Source of the DNA: Acidobacteriota bacterium
GTDB lineage: Bacteria; Acidobacteriota; UBA6911; JACQSX01
Assembly (NCBI GenBank): GCA_036507075.1
Contig: DASXQR010000225.1
Span: forward strand, 1 to 59,497
Length of the DNA: 59,497 nt
Direction: 5' to 3'
The position numbers were made by a program, and so were the translations under genes. Below, piece by piece: positions 1 through 10,545 of this stretch. The notes below the pieces were generated by a model that had not been told where the DNA came from, did not search any database, and worked only from the letters and a program-made list of their open reading frames with translations. Each line of letters begins with the position of its first letter. Position 1 is the stretch's first letter.

Positions 1-138
1 AACCGGCGCAAATCCGCGTCGCGCGGGAAACTTTTCTACCGTCTCGTCCAGCAGGCCGTGCAGGTCGAGCCAGCTCCATTTTCAACTCTGATCAAACCAC
101 AACCTGTAGTACGTGGTGGAGTCAAGTAAATACCCCTA
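1..138 (+). mobile_element. IS1595-family element, 3' end (transposase C-terminus, stop at 127-129, and right terminal inverted repeat), cut by the window edge
   Basis: Frame 1 reads NRRKSASRGKLFYRLVQQAV..., resembling the C-terminus of ISXO2-like/IS1595 transposases. 8-138 is the exact reverse complement of 59367-59497. Confidence 0.8.
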
Positions 139-318
139 ATACCGATTGACTGGCCGAGATTCCATTATCACAGCTCGGCAGATTTTACGTGGCCGAAGGC
201 ACGTCGCTGGCGAGCCAGGTCACATAGTTCCCGCCACGCCCTCGCGGGACGTGGCTCTGTGCTTCGCGTGCCGGCCCGGTCGATCATCGAGAGGTGAGTG
301 AAGGCGGGTACAAGCGCC

Positions 319-1557
319 CTACCTGCCGGTTTCAGCGGCTACACGGTCGACCTGCTCCATGACGCGCAGGGTGTTTTCGCCAAGGATTTTTTGAATATCC
401 GACTTACGGTAGCCCCTGCGCAGCAACGCCTCTGTGATCCTGGGCAATTTGCTGACATCTTCCATTCCCTCGGGCATCGTGGCACCGTCAAAATCTGAGC
501 CGAGCCCGACGTGGTCGACGCCCGCAATTTTTACCACATGGTCGATATGTTCAATGATTCTTTCCCAGTTTACTTTTGGAGGCGGTCCGAATTCGGCGGC
601 AATTTCCTGGCGCCATTTCGGGGCATTCTGCTGGCCGGGATATTTCTCTGCTAATTCGCGCTCGCGTGCCTGCGTTCTCTTCCAGTATTGAAATCGACTC
701 TCGTCCAGATAAGGGGCGTTGTAATTGATGTGGATCACCCCTCCTTTGCCCGCCAGGGCTCGAATCATCTCATCGGACATGTTCCGCACGTGGCCGGCCA
801 GCGTGCGGCAGGAAGAATGGGATGCAATCAGGGGCGCGCGGCTGACCTCGAGAATGTCCCAGAAGGTTTTGTCCGACACGTGAGAAATATCCAGCATCAT
901 GCCGATGCGGTTAAACTCGCGCACTATTTCTTTTCCCAAGCCGGTCAAGCCATTGTGCTTTGGATCCTGACCCGAAGAATCGGCCCAGTCGGTGTGGTAG
1001 AAATGCGTCACAGTGATGTAGCGGACTCCCAGCCTGCGATAGGTGCGCAGGATCGGAAGGCTGTTGTTGATCATGTGCCCGCCTTCCAAGCCGATCAACG
1101 CGGCGATGCGGCCCTGACGGCGAGCCGCCCGCACCTGCTCGGCCGTGGTGCAGAAGGCCACATCGTTCGGCAGATCCTCGGCAAGTTTATGAACCGCCGC
1201 TATCTGCTCAAGCGCGTCATTCACCGCCTGTGGTCCCGTCACATTGCCGCGCACCACGACACCAAAAAAAAGCGCCCCAAGGCCGCCTTGTCGAATCCGC
1301 GGAAGATCTACATGTCCTTCCTGGCCGGCCGACTCGGGGACGGAGGGCATTTCCGGCGGCATCGGCGAATGTTGCCTGGTGAAGGACCAGTCCGGGCGCC
1401 TCAGCCGCAGCGTGGTATCGATGTGCGTATCCAGCACCAGGGACGAAAAGTGGAGCTGCCGCGCCCGCCGGGAGATGTCATCTCCACTCTGGCGCGACCA
1501 AAGTGAAGCTGTAAGGAGCATCAAAAAGGCTGTGGAACCGATTGATAATCGTTTCAT
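319..1557 (-). CDS. Membrane dipeptidase (peptidase M19), secreted
   Basis: Signal-like N-terminus; DTHID, GLEGGH, LDISH, ASHSS and GLGSDFDG motifs. Confidence 0.92.
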   Translation of the reverse strand: MKRLSIGSTAFLMLLTASLWSRQSGDDISRRARQLHFSSLVLDTHIDTTLRLRRPDWSFTRQHSPMPPEMPSVPESAGQEGHVDLPRIRQGGLGALFFGVVVRGNVTGPQAVNDALEQIAAVHKLAEDLPNDVAFCTTAEQVRAARRQGRIAALIGLEGGHMINNSLPILRTYRRLGVRYITVTHFYHTDWADSSGQDPKHNGLTGLGKEIVREFNRIGMMLDISHVSDKTFWDILEVSRAPLIASHSSCRTLAGHVRNMSDEMIRALAGKGGVIHINYNAPYLDESRFQYWKRTQARERELAEKYPGQQNAPKWRQEIAAEFGPPPKVNWERIIEHIDHVVKIAGVDHVGLGSDFDGATMPEGMEDVSKLPRITEALLRRGYRKSDIQKILGENTLRVMEQVDRVAAETGR

Positions 1558-1624
1558 TGTCTTGACCTTTAGCTCTCGGCATTCAGCAGCTCAAAATCTA
1601 CCGCTGCCGATTCGTGACACTGCT

Positions 1625-1715
1625 TTCACCGCAGAGACGCCAAGATCGCCGAGTTTCACAGAGCTGCAATCCAGCCTCCGCGAAATCTCGGCGTGCTCGG
1701 CGGCTCGGCGGTGAA
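1625..1715. repeat. Inverted cassette of 9-bp-period repeats (TTCACCGCAGAG...CTCGGCGGTGAA)
   Basis: Arms are reverse-complementary; same family as 57046-57140 and 41026-41103. Confidence 0.75.
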
Positions 1716-1944
1716 TCCAGCGTTGCTGTCTTCACAGACCTGTATTCCGGTCAATACGCCGATTCTGAGTTTATGAATAATCCCATATTTGGCTTCAGAA
1801 TTGCTCCTGTTTAGTGGGGTTGAATTGTCTTCGGCCCATTCTCGCCGTGGCAGGGGCGTCCCCTTCCGTCGAAAAGCCGATACAAGGCGTGGGGGCCCGG
1901 AATCCGGGGGCGGCAGAAATAGCCTTGACGGGGAATGTAAAAAA

Positions 1945-1987
1945 TACAATTATGTCGGAACAGGCTCATTCGGGTAACAAAATTGTA
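1945..1987. promoter_or_regulatory. Two ACA-N4-TGT palindromes, 31 bp apart, upstream of the activator gene (candidate autoregulatory sites)
   Basis: TACAATTATGTC 1945-1956 and AACAAAATTGTA 1976-1987; the same motif pair occurs at 3672-3713. Confidence 0.55.
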
Positions 1988-2035
1988 AGATCGAATCCGG
2001 CTGTCCAGCACGGCGGGCCGGAGCGCTCAAGGGTC

Positions 2036-3571
2036 ATGGAAGATTCCACAGGCGAAGTTCGAAAGCTCACGACCCTGCTCGAAGTAAGCCAGGCTCTTTC
2101 AGGCACTCTCAACCTCAAGCCGGCGCTGCACCATGTGCTCGAGGTGCTGGAACGCCATCACGGCGCCATTCGGAGCGCCGTGACATTGCTGCTGGAAGAC
2201 TCCAAAGAGCTTCAAATTGAAGCTTCACACGGATTGAGCGTCGACGGTCAGCGCGTCCGTTATGGCGTGGGCGAAGGCATCACCGGGCGGGTCGTCGAGA
2301 CGGGCAAGCCGATTATCGTGCCCCAGGTAAGCCGCGAGCCGATGTTCTTGAATCGGGCCGGGCAGCGCAAGGATCTCAACAAGCATGAGCTGAGCTTTAT
2401 CTGCGTTCCGGTCGTGATCAACAAAAAGACCGTAGGGGCGCTGGGAATCGATCTGCGATTCAAGAAAGACAGAAACTACGATCGAGAGCTCAAGTTCCTG
2501 CGCGTGGTCGCGGCGATGATTGCTCATGCCGTCAAACTGAGCCGGCTGGTTGAGTCCGAGCGCCAGCGCCTGCTTGACGAAAATATCCATCTGCGCGAGG
2601 AGTTGCGCGAGCGCTACGATTTTTCCAACATCATCGGAAACAGCGGCCCCATGCGCCAGGTCTACGAGCAGGTGGCGCAGGTGGCTCGAACAAACACGAC
2701 CGTGCTGATCCGGGGCGAATCGGGTACAGGCAAAGAGCTGATCGCGCATGCAATTCATTACAATTCCCCCCGCGCTAAAAAGCCTTTCGTGAAAATAAGC
2801 TGCGCTGCGCTGCCCGATACGCTGATTGAGTCGGAGTTGTTCGGCTACGAAAAGGGAGCATTCACCGGAGCTCAGGGACGGAAGAAAGGCCGCTTTGAGC
2901 TGGCCGAGGGCGGAACGCTTTTCCTGGATGAAATCGGCGACATCAATCTCTCCACTCAGGTCAAGCTGCTGCGGGTCCTGCAGGAGCGCGAATTTGAGCG
3001 TCTCGGCGCAACCGAAAGCATCAAGGTGAATGTGCGCATGATCGCGGCCACCAACAAGGACCTGGAAACGTTGATCAGCGAAGCGACCTTCCGCGAAGAT
3101 CTTTACTACCGGCTTAATGTGTTCGCTATTTTTGTCCCCCCGCTGCGCGAGCGCAAGCCGGACGTTCTGCTGCTGGCCGATTACTTCCTGGAGAAGTACT
3201 CCAAAGAACATGGAAAGAACATCAAGCGCATATCCACCCCCGCCATTGACATGTTGATGGCATACCACTGGCCGGGCAACGTGCGCGAACTGGAAAATAC
3301 CATCGAGCGCGCCGCTTTGGTGTGCGACGGCAACGTGGTCCACGGCCACCATCTGCCTCCAACGCTGCAAACGGCAGAAGCCTCAGGAACCGTGATGAGC
3401 ATCTCGCTGACGGAAGCCGTCGACGCCTATGAAAAAGACCTGATTCAGGACGCCCTGAAAACCACCCGCGGCAATCGCGCTAAAGCAGCCAAACTGCTCA
3501 ATACAACCGAGCGCATTATCAACTACAAGGTCAGAAAGTACGCCATCGACTGCAATCGCTTCCGCGCGTGA
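2036..3571 (+). CDS. NifA-like sigma-54-dependent activator (GAF-AAA+-Fis HTH)
   Basis: N-terminal GAF domain, GESGTGKE Walker A, GAFTGA loop, [18 protein letters not shown]-terminal HTH. Start chosen at MEDSTG (1952 is an alternative). Confidence 0.93.
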   Translation: MEDSTGEVRKLTTLLEVSQALSGTLNLKPALHHVLEVLERHHGAIRSAVTLLLEDSKELQIEASHGLSVDGQRVRYGVGEGITGRVVETGKPIIVPQVSREPMFLNRAGQRKDLNKHELSFICVPVVINKKTVGALGIDLRFKKDRNYDRELKFLRVVAAMIAHAVKLSRLVESERQRLLDENIHLREELRERYDFSNIIGNSGPMRQVYEQVAQVARTNTTVLIRGESGTGKELIAHAIHYNSPRAKKPFVKISCAALPDTLIESELFGYEKGAFTGAQGRKKGRFELAEGGTLFLDEIGDINLSTQVKLLRVLQEREFERLGATESIKVNVRMIAATNKDLETLISEATFREDLYYRLNVFAIFVPPLRERKPDVLLLADYFLEKYSKEHGKNIKRISTPAIDMLMAYHWPGNVRELENTIERAALVCDGNVVHGHHLPPTLQTAEASGTVMSISLTEAVDAYEKDLIQDALKTTRGNRAKAAKLLNTTERIINYKVRKYAIDCNRFRA

Positions 3572-3575
3572 GCCT

Positions 3576-3648
3576 GAGAGCGGGAGAGTGGGAGAGCGGG
3601 AGAGTGGGAGAGCGGGCGAGTGGGAGAGCGGGCGAGTGGGCGAGTGGG
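3576..3648 (+). repeat. Octamer tandem repeat (G[CT]GGG[AC]GA)n
   Basis: About 9 units; related tract in reverse orientation at 23821-23866. Confidence 0.85.
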
Positions 3649-3671
3649 GTTTCCCGCCAGCACTCTACCCA

Positions 3672-3713
3672 TACAAATCTGTATCTCTCTCTACTGAATC
3701 CTACAAAATTGTT
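3672..3713. promoter_or_regulatory. Paired ACA-N4-TGT palindromes; candidate upstream activator sequence for the glnK-amtB promoter
   Basis: TACAAATCTGTA 3672-3683 and TACAAAATTGTT 3702-3713, about 100-140 bp upstream of a sigma-54 promoter. Confidence 0.6.
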
Positions 3714-3814
3714 ACCCGACAAGGTATTCCGCATCCGGCTGCGCTTTCCGCCTAAACCTCCCACTCACAACAAATAGCCCAAACGTGACGCCGAACCCTT
3801 GGCGTACAGCCAAA

Positions 3815-3830
3815 TGGTACGCCCCTTGCT
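3815..3830 (+). promoter_or_regulatory. Sigma-54 (-24/-12) promoter of glnK-amtB
   Basis: TGGTACG-CCCC-TTGCT matches TGGCACG-N4-TTGCW with one mismatch. Confidence 0.85.
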
Positions 3831-3947
3831 TATGAACGCGGCGTATTCAATTTCTTTTCTAGATAGATGTTTATCCCGTCCGTTTCACAGCGGCTAACCG
3901 GCGCCGCAGCGGAGAGGCTCTGCAAAGTTACTTCGCCCAGGCGCTAA

Positions 3948-4304
<357 letters not shown>

Positions 4305-4448
4305 TCTTTCAATCAGTTTTCTCGAGTTTCCAATTGGGAGGTTGGGACTATGAGGTCGACGAAATGGCAAATTCTGGGGAGATTGACCCCGCTGATTTTT
4401 CTACTGGCCGGAGGCGCCAGAAAACTCATCACCGAAAGGAGAAGAACA

Positions 4449-6104
4449 ATGAGTAAATCGAAGCGACTCGTCGTCAGTTTCGCAATCGGCGCGCTTTTCA
4501 TGGCGTTGGTTTCGTTCCTGACACCCATACTGACCACGCAGGCACAGGCGCCTGCCGGGGCGTCCGCCCCACCGGGACCTGATCCCACCGGCAACTCCAC
4601 GGGCAAGGCCAGCGATGTTGCCGTAAAGAACCCGGCCAGCCCCGCGCTGGTGGAGCTGATGGATACCATCGGCCATAACAAGATTGCGATCAACATTGTC
4701 TGGACGTTGCTGGCGGGATTTCTTGTCATGTTCATGCAGGCCGGCTTTGCCATGGTGGAAACCGGATTTTGCCGCGCCAAGAACGCCGCCCACACCATGT
4801 CAATGAACTTTATGGTTTACGCCATCGGAATGCTCGGCTTCTGGATTTGCGGCTACGCGCTGCAGATGGGAGGCGTGGGCGCAGTGGCGGCGCTGGGCGG
4901 AACACCGCCCCTTAACCATGAATTCACCATCTCGCTTTTCGGCAAGACCTTCGGTCTTTTCGGAACCAAGGGCTTTTTTCTTGGTAACAGCGTGTACGAC
5001 GTTGGCGTGTTCGCGCTCTTCCTTTTCCAGATGGTCTTCATGGACACGGCAGCCACCATTCCAACAGGAGCCATGGCCGAGCGCTGGAAGTTCTCTTCCT
5101 TCGTGATTTTCGGCTTCTTCATGTCGATGTTCGTCTATCCGCTCTTTGCCAACTGGGTCTGGGGAGGAGGATGGCTGGCCACCCTGGGAACCAACTTTGG
5201 CATTGGCCACGGGCACGTGGATTTTGCCGGTTCCTCGGTAGTGCACATGGTGGGAGGCATCGCGGGCCTTGCAGGAGCAATCGTTCTCGGACCCCGCATC
5301 GGCAAATACACAAAAGATGGCAAGCCGGTAGCGATTCCGGGCCACCACATTCCGATGGCCCTCGTGGGAACGTTCATTCTGGCATTTGGGTGGTTCGGAT
5401 TTAATCCGGGTTCCACGCTGGCAGGCACAGATTTGCGCATCGCGGTGGTTGCGGTAAACACGATGCTGGCTTCAGCGGCAGGCGCTTTCACGGCCATGCT
5501 GTTCATGTGGCTTAGATTCGGCAAGCCGGATCCGAGCATGCTTGCCAACGGAATGCTGGCCGGACTGGTTGCCATCACCGCGCCCTGCGCGTTCGTCAGT
5601 GCGCCGGCTGCGGTACTGATTGGCGGAGTGGCGGGCGTACTGGTGGTGCTCTCCGTGTTTTTCGTGGAGAGAAGGCTCAAAGTCGACGACCCCGTGGGGG
5701 CGATTTCGGTTCATGGCACGAATGGGGCATGGGGGGTGATTTCGCTCGGCCTGTTTGCCGACGGCGTTTACGGCGACGGCTGGAACGGCGTTCCGGGACC
5801 GATCAAAGGTCTCTTTTACGGCGGTGGGTTCAGCCAGTTGTTCGCCGAGTTGATCGGAGTAGCGGTTTGTTTTGTGTTCGTCTTCAGCAGCTTCTACATC
5901 TTTTTCAAAGTGCTGGACGCGCTGATTGGCAACCGCGTCTCCGCGGAAGTGGAACTGGAAGGCCTCGATATTCCCGAAATGGGTGCCCTGGCTTACCCGG
6001 AATTCCCTATCTCGCCCGGCTTCGCTGAGAGCGTTACGACAATGACGGTTCCTGAACCGGCCCGGCGTCGTGGCACGCTGACGGTGGAACCTGCGGAAAA
6101 CTGA
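4449..6104 (+). CDS. amtB: Ammonium transporter
   Basis: FMQAGFA, DFAGSSVVH, GWFGFNPGS, DDPVGAISVHG; AAAGGA RBS before ATG 4449. Confidence 0.96.
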   Translation: MSKSKRLVVSFAIGALFMALVSFLTPILTTQAQAPAGASAPPGPDPTGNSTGKASDVAVKNPASPALVELMDTIGHNKIAINIVWTLLAGFLVMFMQAGFAMVETGFCRAKNAAHTMSMNFMVYAIGMLGFWICGYALQMGGVGAVAALGGTPPLNHEFTISLFGKTFGLFGTKGFFLGNSVYDVGVFALFLFQMVFMDTAATIPTGAMAERWKFSSFVIFGFFMSMFVYPLFANWVWGGGWLATLGTNFGIGHGHVDFAGSSVVHMVGGIAGLAGAIVLGPRIGKYTKDGKPVAIPGHHIPMALVGTFILAFGWFGFNPGSTLAGTDLRIAVVAVNTMLASAAGAFTAMLFMWLRFGKPDPSMLANGMLAGLVAITAPCAFVSAPAAVLIGGVAGVLVVLSVFFVERRLKVDDPVGAISVHGTNGAWGVISLGLFADGVYGDGWNGVPGPIKGLFYGGGFSQLFAELIGVAVCFVFVFSSFYIFFKVLDALIGNRVSAEVELEGLDIPEMGALAYPEFPISPGFAESVTTMTVPEPARRRGTLTVEPAEN

Positions 6105-6307
6105 GGAAAAGCAATGTTCTCCCCGCGAGCGTGTGGGAAGACCTTCAGAGCGATGATTGGAGACCATTCTCCGGAGGCTTCCCACTTGCCGCGCTGCATC
6201 ACCGATTCACAGGGGCAGCATCTAAAAGATAGGACAAAGTCTTGTGTGGTGACAAGTCAGAGTTGCTCCGGTCCAATTTTTAGGGTTTTAGGAAAAACGG
6301 AGGAAAA

Positions 6308-7585
6308 ATGAAGACGAAAAACAGAACACTCATCTGCTCTCTTTGCTGGACCATCACCATAGCGCTGTGTGCGGCCACGGTTCAAGCCCAGAGTCCAAGC
6401 ACCGAAGAGCTGTTGGCCATCATCAAGCAACTGGAGGGACGAATAAAGGATCTTGAGTCCAAAAAGACAAACGACACGGCTGGGGGCGTAGAACCTGCCA
6501 AGAAATCAGAAACCGCTCCCGCCGCAGGGCCGCAGGTAAAGGATGACAAGTCTATCAACGGAGTGCTCGCCTTTTTCAACAGCACGGAGCTCACCGGATT
6601 TGTCGATGCTTACTACGGTTACAACTTCAATAAGCCGACGGGTGACGCGCAATTGCGCAATTTTGATACGAAGCACAATCAATTCGCGCTGAATCTTGCA
6701 GAGATCGCGCTCGAAAAAAAGCCGACCCCGGAGCGCCGTTTAGGCTTTCGTATGGACATGGACTTCGGCCCGGCCACCGACATTGTTCATTCAGCCGAGC
6801 CGGGTGGCGTGGAACTGATGAAGCACTTTCAGCAAGGGTATCTCAGTTACCTGGCGCCGGTGGGCAAGGGACTTCAAATTGACGTCGGTAAATTTGTCAC
6901 ACAGCACGGCGCTGAGGTAATCGAGACGAAGGATAACTGGAACTACTCGCGCTCACTCCTTTTTGCCTTGGCCATTCCCTACTATCACATGGGAGCCCGT
7001 GCCACTTACGCTCTCAATGACAAGGTCGCAGTTGCTGGATTCGTCGTCAACGGGTGGAATGATGTCGTCGATAACAACAACCGAAAGACCTTTGGATTCC
7101 AGGCGACGCTCAAGCCGACAGCCAAGCTGTCTATCACCCAAAACTATATGGTAGGCGCTGACCAGCCCAAGAATGATCATGACATCCGAAACCTGTGGGA
7201 CACTACTGTCACGTACAATGTCAGCCCGGCCTTCAGCCTCATGGGCAACTACGATTACGGAATCGATCGTGCTTCAGGTGCACAGGTCCACTGGCAGGGC
7301 TTCGCTGGATACGCGCGATTCCAGCCCAATAAGTGGTACGCGCTATCGCCGCGATTCGAGTGGTACGATGACCACGACGGGTTTACAACAGGCACCAAAC
7401 AGATACTTAAGGAATTTACTCTCACCAGTGAACAGAAGATTAACAACGGTCTGGTTTCGAGATTCGAATACAGGCGTGATTTGTCAGACACCCCCTTCTT
7501 CACCAGAATCGGCAAGGGCCTGGTGAAGTCTCAGAGCACCGTAACAGTGGGTCTTTTTTACGCCTTTAGTTCAAGGGCGGAATAG
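6308..7585 (+). CDS. Putative outer-membrane beta-barrel porin (BBP2-like) in the ammonium operon
   Basis: Signal peptide, short coiled coil, GFVDAYYGYNFN, DVGKFVTQHGAEVI, NWNYSRS, amphipathic C-terminal strand; GGAGG RBS. Confidence 0.8.
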   Translation: MKTKNRTLICSLCWTITIALCAATVQAQSPSTEELLAIIKQLEGRIKDLESKKTNDTAGGVEPAKKSETAPAAGPQVKDDKSINGVLAFFNSTELTGFVDAYYGYNFNKPTGDAQLRNFDTKHNQFALNLAEIALEKKPTPERRLGFRMDMDFGPATDIVHSAEPGGVELMKHFQQGYLSYLAPVGKGLQIDVGKFVTQHGAEVIETKDNWNYSRSLLFALAIPYYHMGARATYALNDKVAVAGFVVNGWNDVVDNNNRKTFGFQATLKPTAKLSITQNYMVGADQPKNDHDIRNLWDTTVTYNVSPAFSLMGNYDYGIDRASGAQVHWQGFAGYARFQPNKWYALSPRFEWYDDHDGFTTGTKQILKEFTLTSEQKINNGLVSRFEYRRDLSDTPFFTRIGKGLVKSQSTVTVGLFYAFSSRAE

Positions 7586-7676
7586 ACGCGAGCCGCCAGG
7601 GGGAGAACGCTTACCGATAGCGTTCTTCCCGCCGCAACGGCCGGGCCTTCCGGCCGGCACGTCAGAAGCAAAAGTG

Positions 7677-7778
7677 TCATAACTTTCGGATAACTTTGAC
7701 GAGCAAAATCGCAATCAGGATCAATATGATCAAGCCCAGTATCCAATTGAGCACCATTCCCTCCATCATTCTGTGCAT
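7677..7778 (-). CDS. 33-aa single-TM small protein MHRMMEGMVLNWILGLIILILIAILLVKVIRKL (below ORF-track cutoff)
   Basis: GGAG 5 nt before ATG, upstream sigma-70-like promoter, hydrophobic core and basic tail. Confidence 0.6.
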   Translation of the reverse strand: MHRMMEGMVLNWILGLIILILIAILLVKVIRKL

Positions 7779-7802
7779 GGATACTCCATTTAGGCTGAAG
7801 GG

Positions 7803-7830
7803 ATCATAAATTGGAAAATCGATCAGTCAA
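7803..7830 (-). promoter_or_regulatory. Sigma-70-type promoter for the small membrane peptide
   Basis: TTGACT-N16-TATGAT on the minus strand. Confidence 0.6.
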
Positions 7831-7875
7831 GCTTTGAATGGATGATGTCTATCCCACTGAACCGGCTTTTAGCGT

Positions 7876-10545
7876 ATGATCGGAAGCTCACAAAATCGAG
7901 TAAGAGTTTTCGGTCGAATGCCAACCGGGGAAAGATCAAGGTCCGACAAGGCGGAATTTCGGCGCCGTCTGGAGCAACAGCTTGAGGAAGCTCGCAGCCA
8001 ACTGGGCGTCGAAATAGCTGCAAGGCGAGGAGGAAGCGCCGCGCTGGCCCGCTACACCGAGCGGATCGATTCGCTGCTCCGGCAGATATTCAACCAGGCC
8101 GCGTCCGGACTAAGCCAGCGGGTCTGTATTCTGGCACTGGGCGGTTACGGCCGGCGCCAGTTGTGTCCTTACTCGGACATTGACCTGCTGGTGTTGTTTG
8201 AAGGAAGGATCGCCCGAGCAGACGAACTTTTTCTAAAGGCCATTCTTCATCCCCTCTGGGACCTTCGACTGGATCTGGGACATCAGGTGCGCGAGATTGA
8301 TGACTTTCGTCACCTGGAGAAGGACAATCCTGAGTTTCTGCTCGCTCTGCTGGACGCACGCTTCGTGGCGGGCGAACACAGTCTCTATCAGCGATTTGAT
8401 GAACTTTTTCATCGAACCAACCCTGAGTGTTATGCGCAGATACTGGAGCTGCTGCTGCACTTGATTGAACAGCGTCACGCCCGCTTCAACCACACTTTTT
8501 ATCAACTGGAACCCGACGTGAAAGAAGCGCCCGGGGCGCTGCGCGATGTGACCGCCGGCAGGTGGATCCGTTTCCTGCTTTACAGCATGGCGCCAACCGT
8601 TGGAACGGAAGCGCTTGATTCTCTGCAGCGAGTGTCCTCAGACGTGCAATCCGCCGATCACGCTGAAGATTTCCTTCTTAAGATCAGGGCGATTCTTCAC
8701 CTGGAGAGCGGGCGCAACCAGAATACGCTGAGCCATCCGCTGCAGGAGAAACTGGCGGATCTGCTCGGCTACCCCGGAGCCGATGCTCACCAGCGTGTGG
8801 AAACCTTCATGAGCGACTACTTTCGACACGCCCGCACCGCTTCGCGATTTCTGGAGACGGCGCGCCGCGCGGCGCAGCCGCCCGCGGCAGACAGTCGCCG
8901 GGTCAAAGTTGCGCAAAACGTGGAGCGGCTCGGCGACGAAGTTCGATTCATTGACGCCCAGGAGGGAATTTCACGACCCGCATCGTGGATCACGGTCTTC
9001 CGGGCCGCCATCGATCAGCAATGCCGCGTGTCGGATGACACTCTTTCCGCCATCCGCCGGGACCTCGGCCGTTACAAAGCGGAAGATTTTTTCCCCGGCG
9101 AAGAGGAACGCGATTTGCTGCTGGATTTCCTCAAGCCGCGCCAGGGGCTGTACGGCCGGCTTTCGGAGATGCACGATTGCGGGCTGCTGGGAAAAATGTT
9201 TCCCGAGTGCGAAAAAATTTACTGCCGCGTGATTCGTGACTTCTACCACAAGTACACCGTCGATGAGCACACGCTCCTCACCATCAGAAATCTGGAGCGG
9301 CTGCTTGAACCGGCCGATGTGTCTCGCGAGCGATTTACCTCTGTGCTGCGCGAAATCGACGCTCCGGAACTGCTGGTTCTATCGCTGCTCTTCCATGATG
9401 TGGGCAAGTGGAAGGATGAGGACCATTCCAACGAAAGCGTGCGTATGGTGCAGGACGTGTTCCGGCGCATTCATCTTCAGCCGGAATCGGCTCGTATGGT
9501 CGAGTTTCTGATCTCCAATCACCTGCAGCTCTCCCTGGTGGCATTCCGGAGAGACACCGAAGATCCCGAGGTTGTCAAAAAATTCGCGGAACTGGTCGGC
9601 ACGGAAGAAAACTTGAAGGCGCTTTGCCTGTTGACTCTGGCCGATATCGAAGCGGTCAGCCCCGAGACACTCACCCCCTGGAAAGAGGAGCTGCTCTGGC
9701 AACTCTTCGTCGACACGTACAATCACCTAACGCTGGGATACGGAGACGAGGTGATTCGGCGCGATCCCGGCGTGCTTGCCGATCTGCTGGCGAACCGGCC
9801 CAAAGATTTTTCTGAGTCGGAGATTGTCGACTTCTTGGACGGCTTCCCGCGGCGTTATCTCAAACTCTTTCCCCGCGAGGCTGTCTATCGCCATGTGCGT
9901 CTCTCGCGGGACATTCATCCCGACCAGGTGCACATATCTCTCGACCAGGACGGCGAAGTCTGGTCGCTCAGCGTCGTAACACTGGACAAGCCTTTCCTGT
10001 TCTCCAATATCTGCGGCGTCCTTTCGTATTTCGGAATGGACATTTTGAAAGGACAGGCGATGACTAACCCGAAAGGGTTGGTGCTGGACATCTTTCAATT
10101 CATTGATAAAGAGCAGTTCTTCCGGCTTAACCCGGATGGTGCTCCTCAGTTTCGCCGCCTGATGGAACAGGTGGTTGGAGGCGGAACGGATCTGCCGTCG
10201 CTGATCAGGGGGAAAGAGCGCAGCATTCTTTATCGCAAGGTGCAGAAGCATGTGGGCACGGCCATCGTTTTCGATAACCACTATTCGACGCGCTACACCG
10301 TGATGGAAATTGTCGCGCAGAACGCAGTCGGCCTGCTCTACCGAATCAGCCGCGTGATCTCCAGACACTCGGGAGACATTCACCTGGTCTTGATTTCGAC
10401 AGAAGGCAACAAGGCAATCGACGTGTTTCATCTGACCGGAAACAACGGCAAGCTCTCGGAACAGGAGCAGTCTGAACTGAAAGCGGAGCTGGAGCAGGCC
10501 CTGGAGGCGGGATATGAAATTGATCAAGTGCATCATTCGTCCTAA
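7876..10545 (+). CDS. glnD: P-II uridylyltransferase/uridylyl-removing enzyme
   Basis: ALGGYGR..PYSDIDL NTase motif, YHKYTVDEH, HD motif LFHDVGK, two ACT domains. Start uncertain (7918 possible). Confidence 0.93.
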   Translation: MIGSSQNRVRVFGRMPTGERSRSDKAEFRRRLEQQLEEARSQLGVEIAARRGGSAALARYTERIDSLLRQIFNQAASGLSQRVCILALGGYGRRQLCPYSDIDLLVLFEGRIARADELFLKAILHPLWDLRLDLGHQVREIDDFRHLEKDNPEFLLALLDARFVAGEHSLYQRFDELFHRTNPECYAQILELLLHLIEQRHARFNHTFYQLEPDVKEAPGALRDVTAGRWIRFLLYSMAPTVGTEALDSLQRVSSDVQSADHAEDFLLKIRAILHLESGRNQNTLSHPLQEKLADLLGYPGADAHQRVETFMSDYFRHARTASRFLETARRAAQPPAADSRRVKVAQNVERLGDEVRFIDAQEGISRPASWITVFRAAIDQQCRVSDDTLSAIRRDLGRYKAEDFFPGEEERDLLLDFLKPRQGLYGRLSEMHDCGLLGKMFPECEKIYCRVIRDFYHKYTVDEHTLLTIRNLERLLEPADVSRERFTSVLREIDAPELLVLSLLFHDVGKWKDEDHSNESVRMVQDVFRRIHLQPESARMVEFLISNHLQLSLVAFRRDTEDPEVVKKFAELVGTEENLKALCLLTLADIEAVSPETLTPWKEELLWQLFVDTYNHLTLGYGDEVIRRDPGVLADLLANRPKDFSESEIVDFLDGFPRRYLKLFPREAVYRHVRLSRDIHPDQVHISLDQDGEVWSLSVVTLDKPFLFSNICGVLSYFGMDILKGQAMTNPKGLVLDIFQFIDKEQFFRLNPDGAPQFRRLMEQVVGGGTDLPSLIRGKERSILYRKVQKHVGTAIVFDNHYSTRYTVMEIVAQNAVGLLYRISRVISRHSGDIHLVLISTEGNKAIDVFHLTGNNGKLSEQEQSELKAELEQALEAGYEIDQVHHSS

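Noticed and set aside
1925..1950. TTGACG...TACAAT as a sigma-70 promoter
   Set aside because: Spacer is only 14 bp; TACAAT is better explained as part of the palindrome
2036..3571. Calling the activator nifA or inferring nitrogen fixation
   Set aside because: No nif genes in the window and no TGT-N10-ACA site noticed near the sigma-54 promoter
7598..7660. Rho-independent terminator after the porin
   Set aside because: Hairpins are present but no U-tract on either strand; function unresolved
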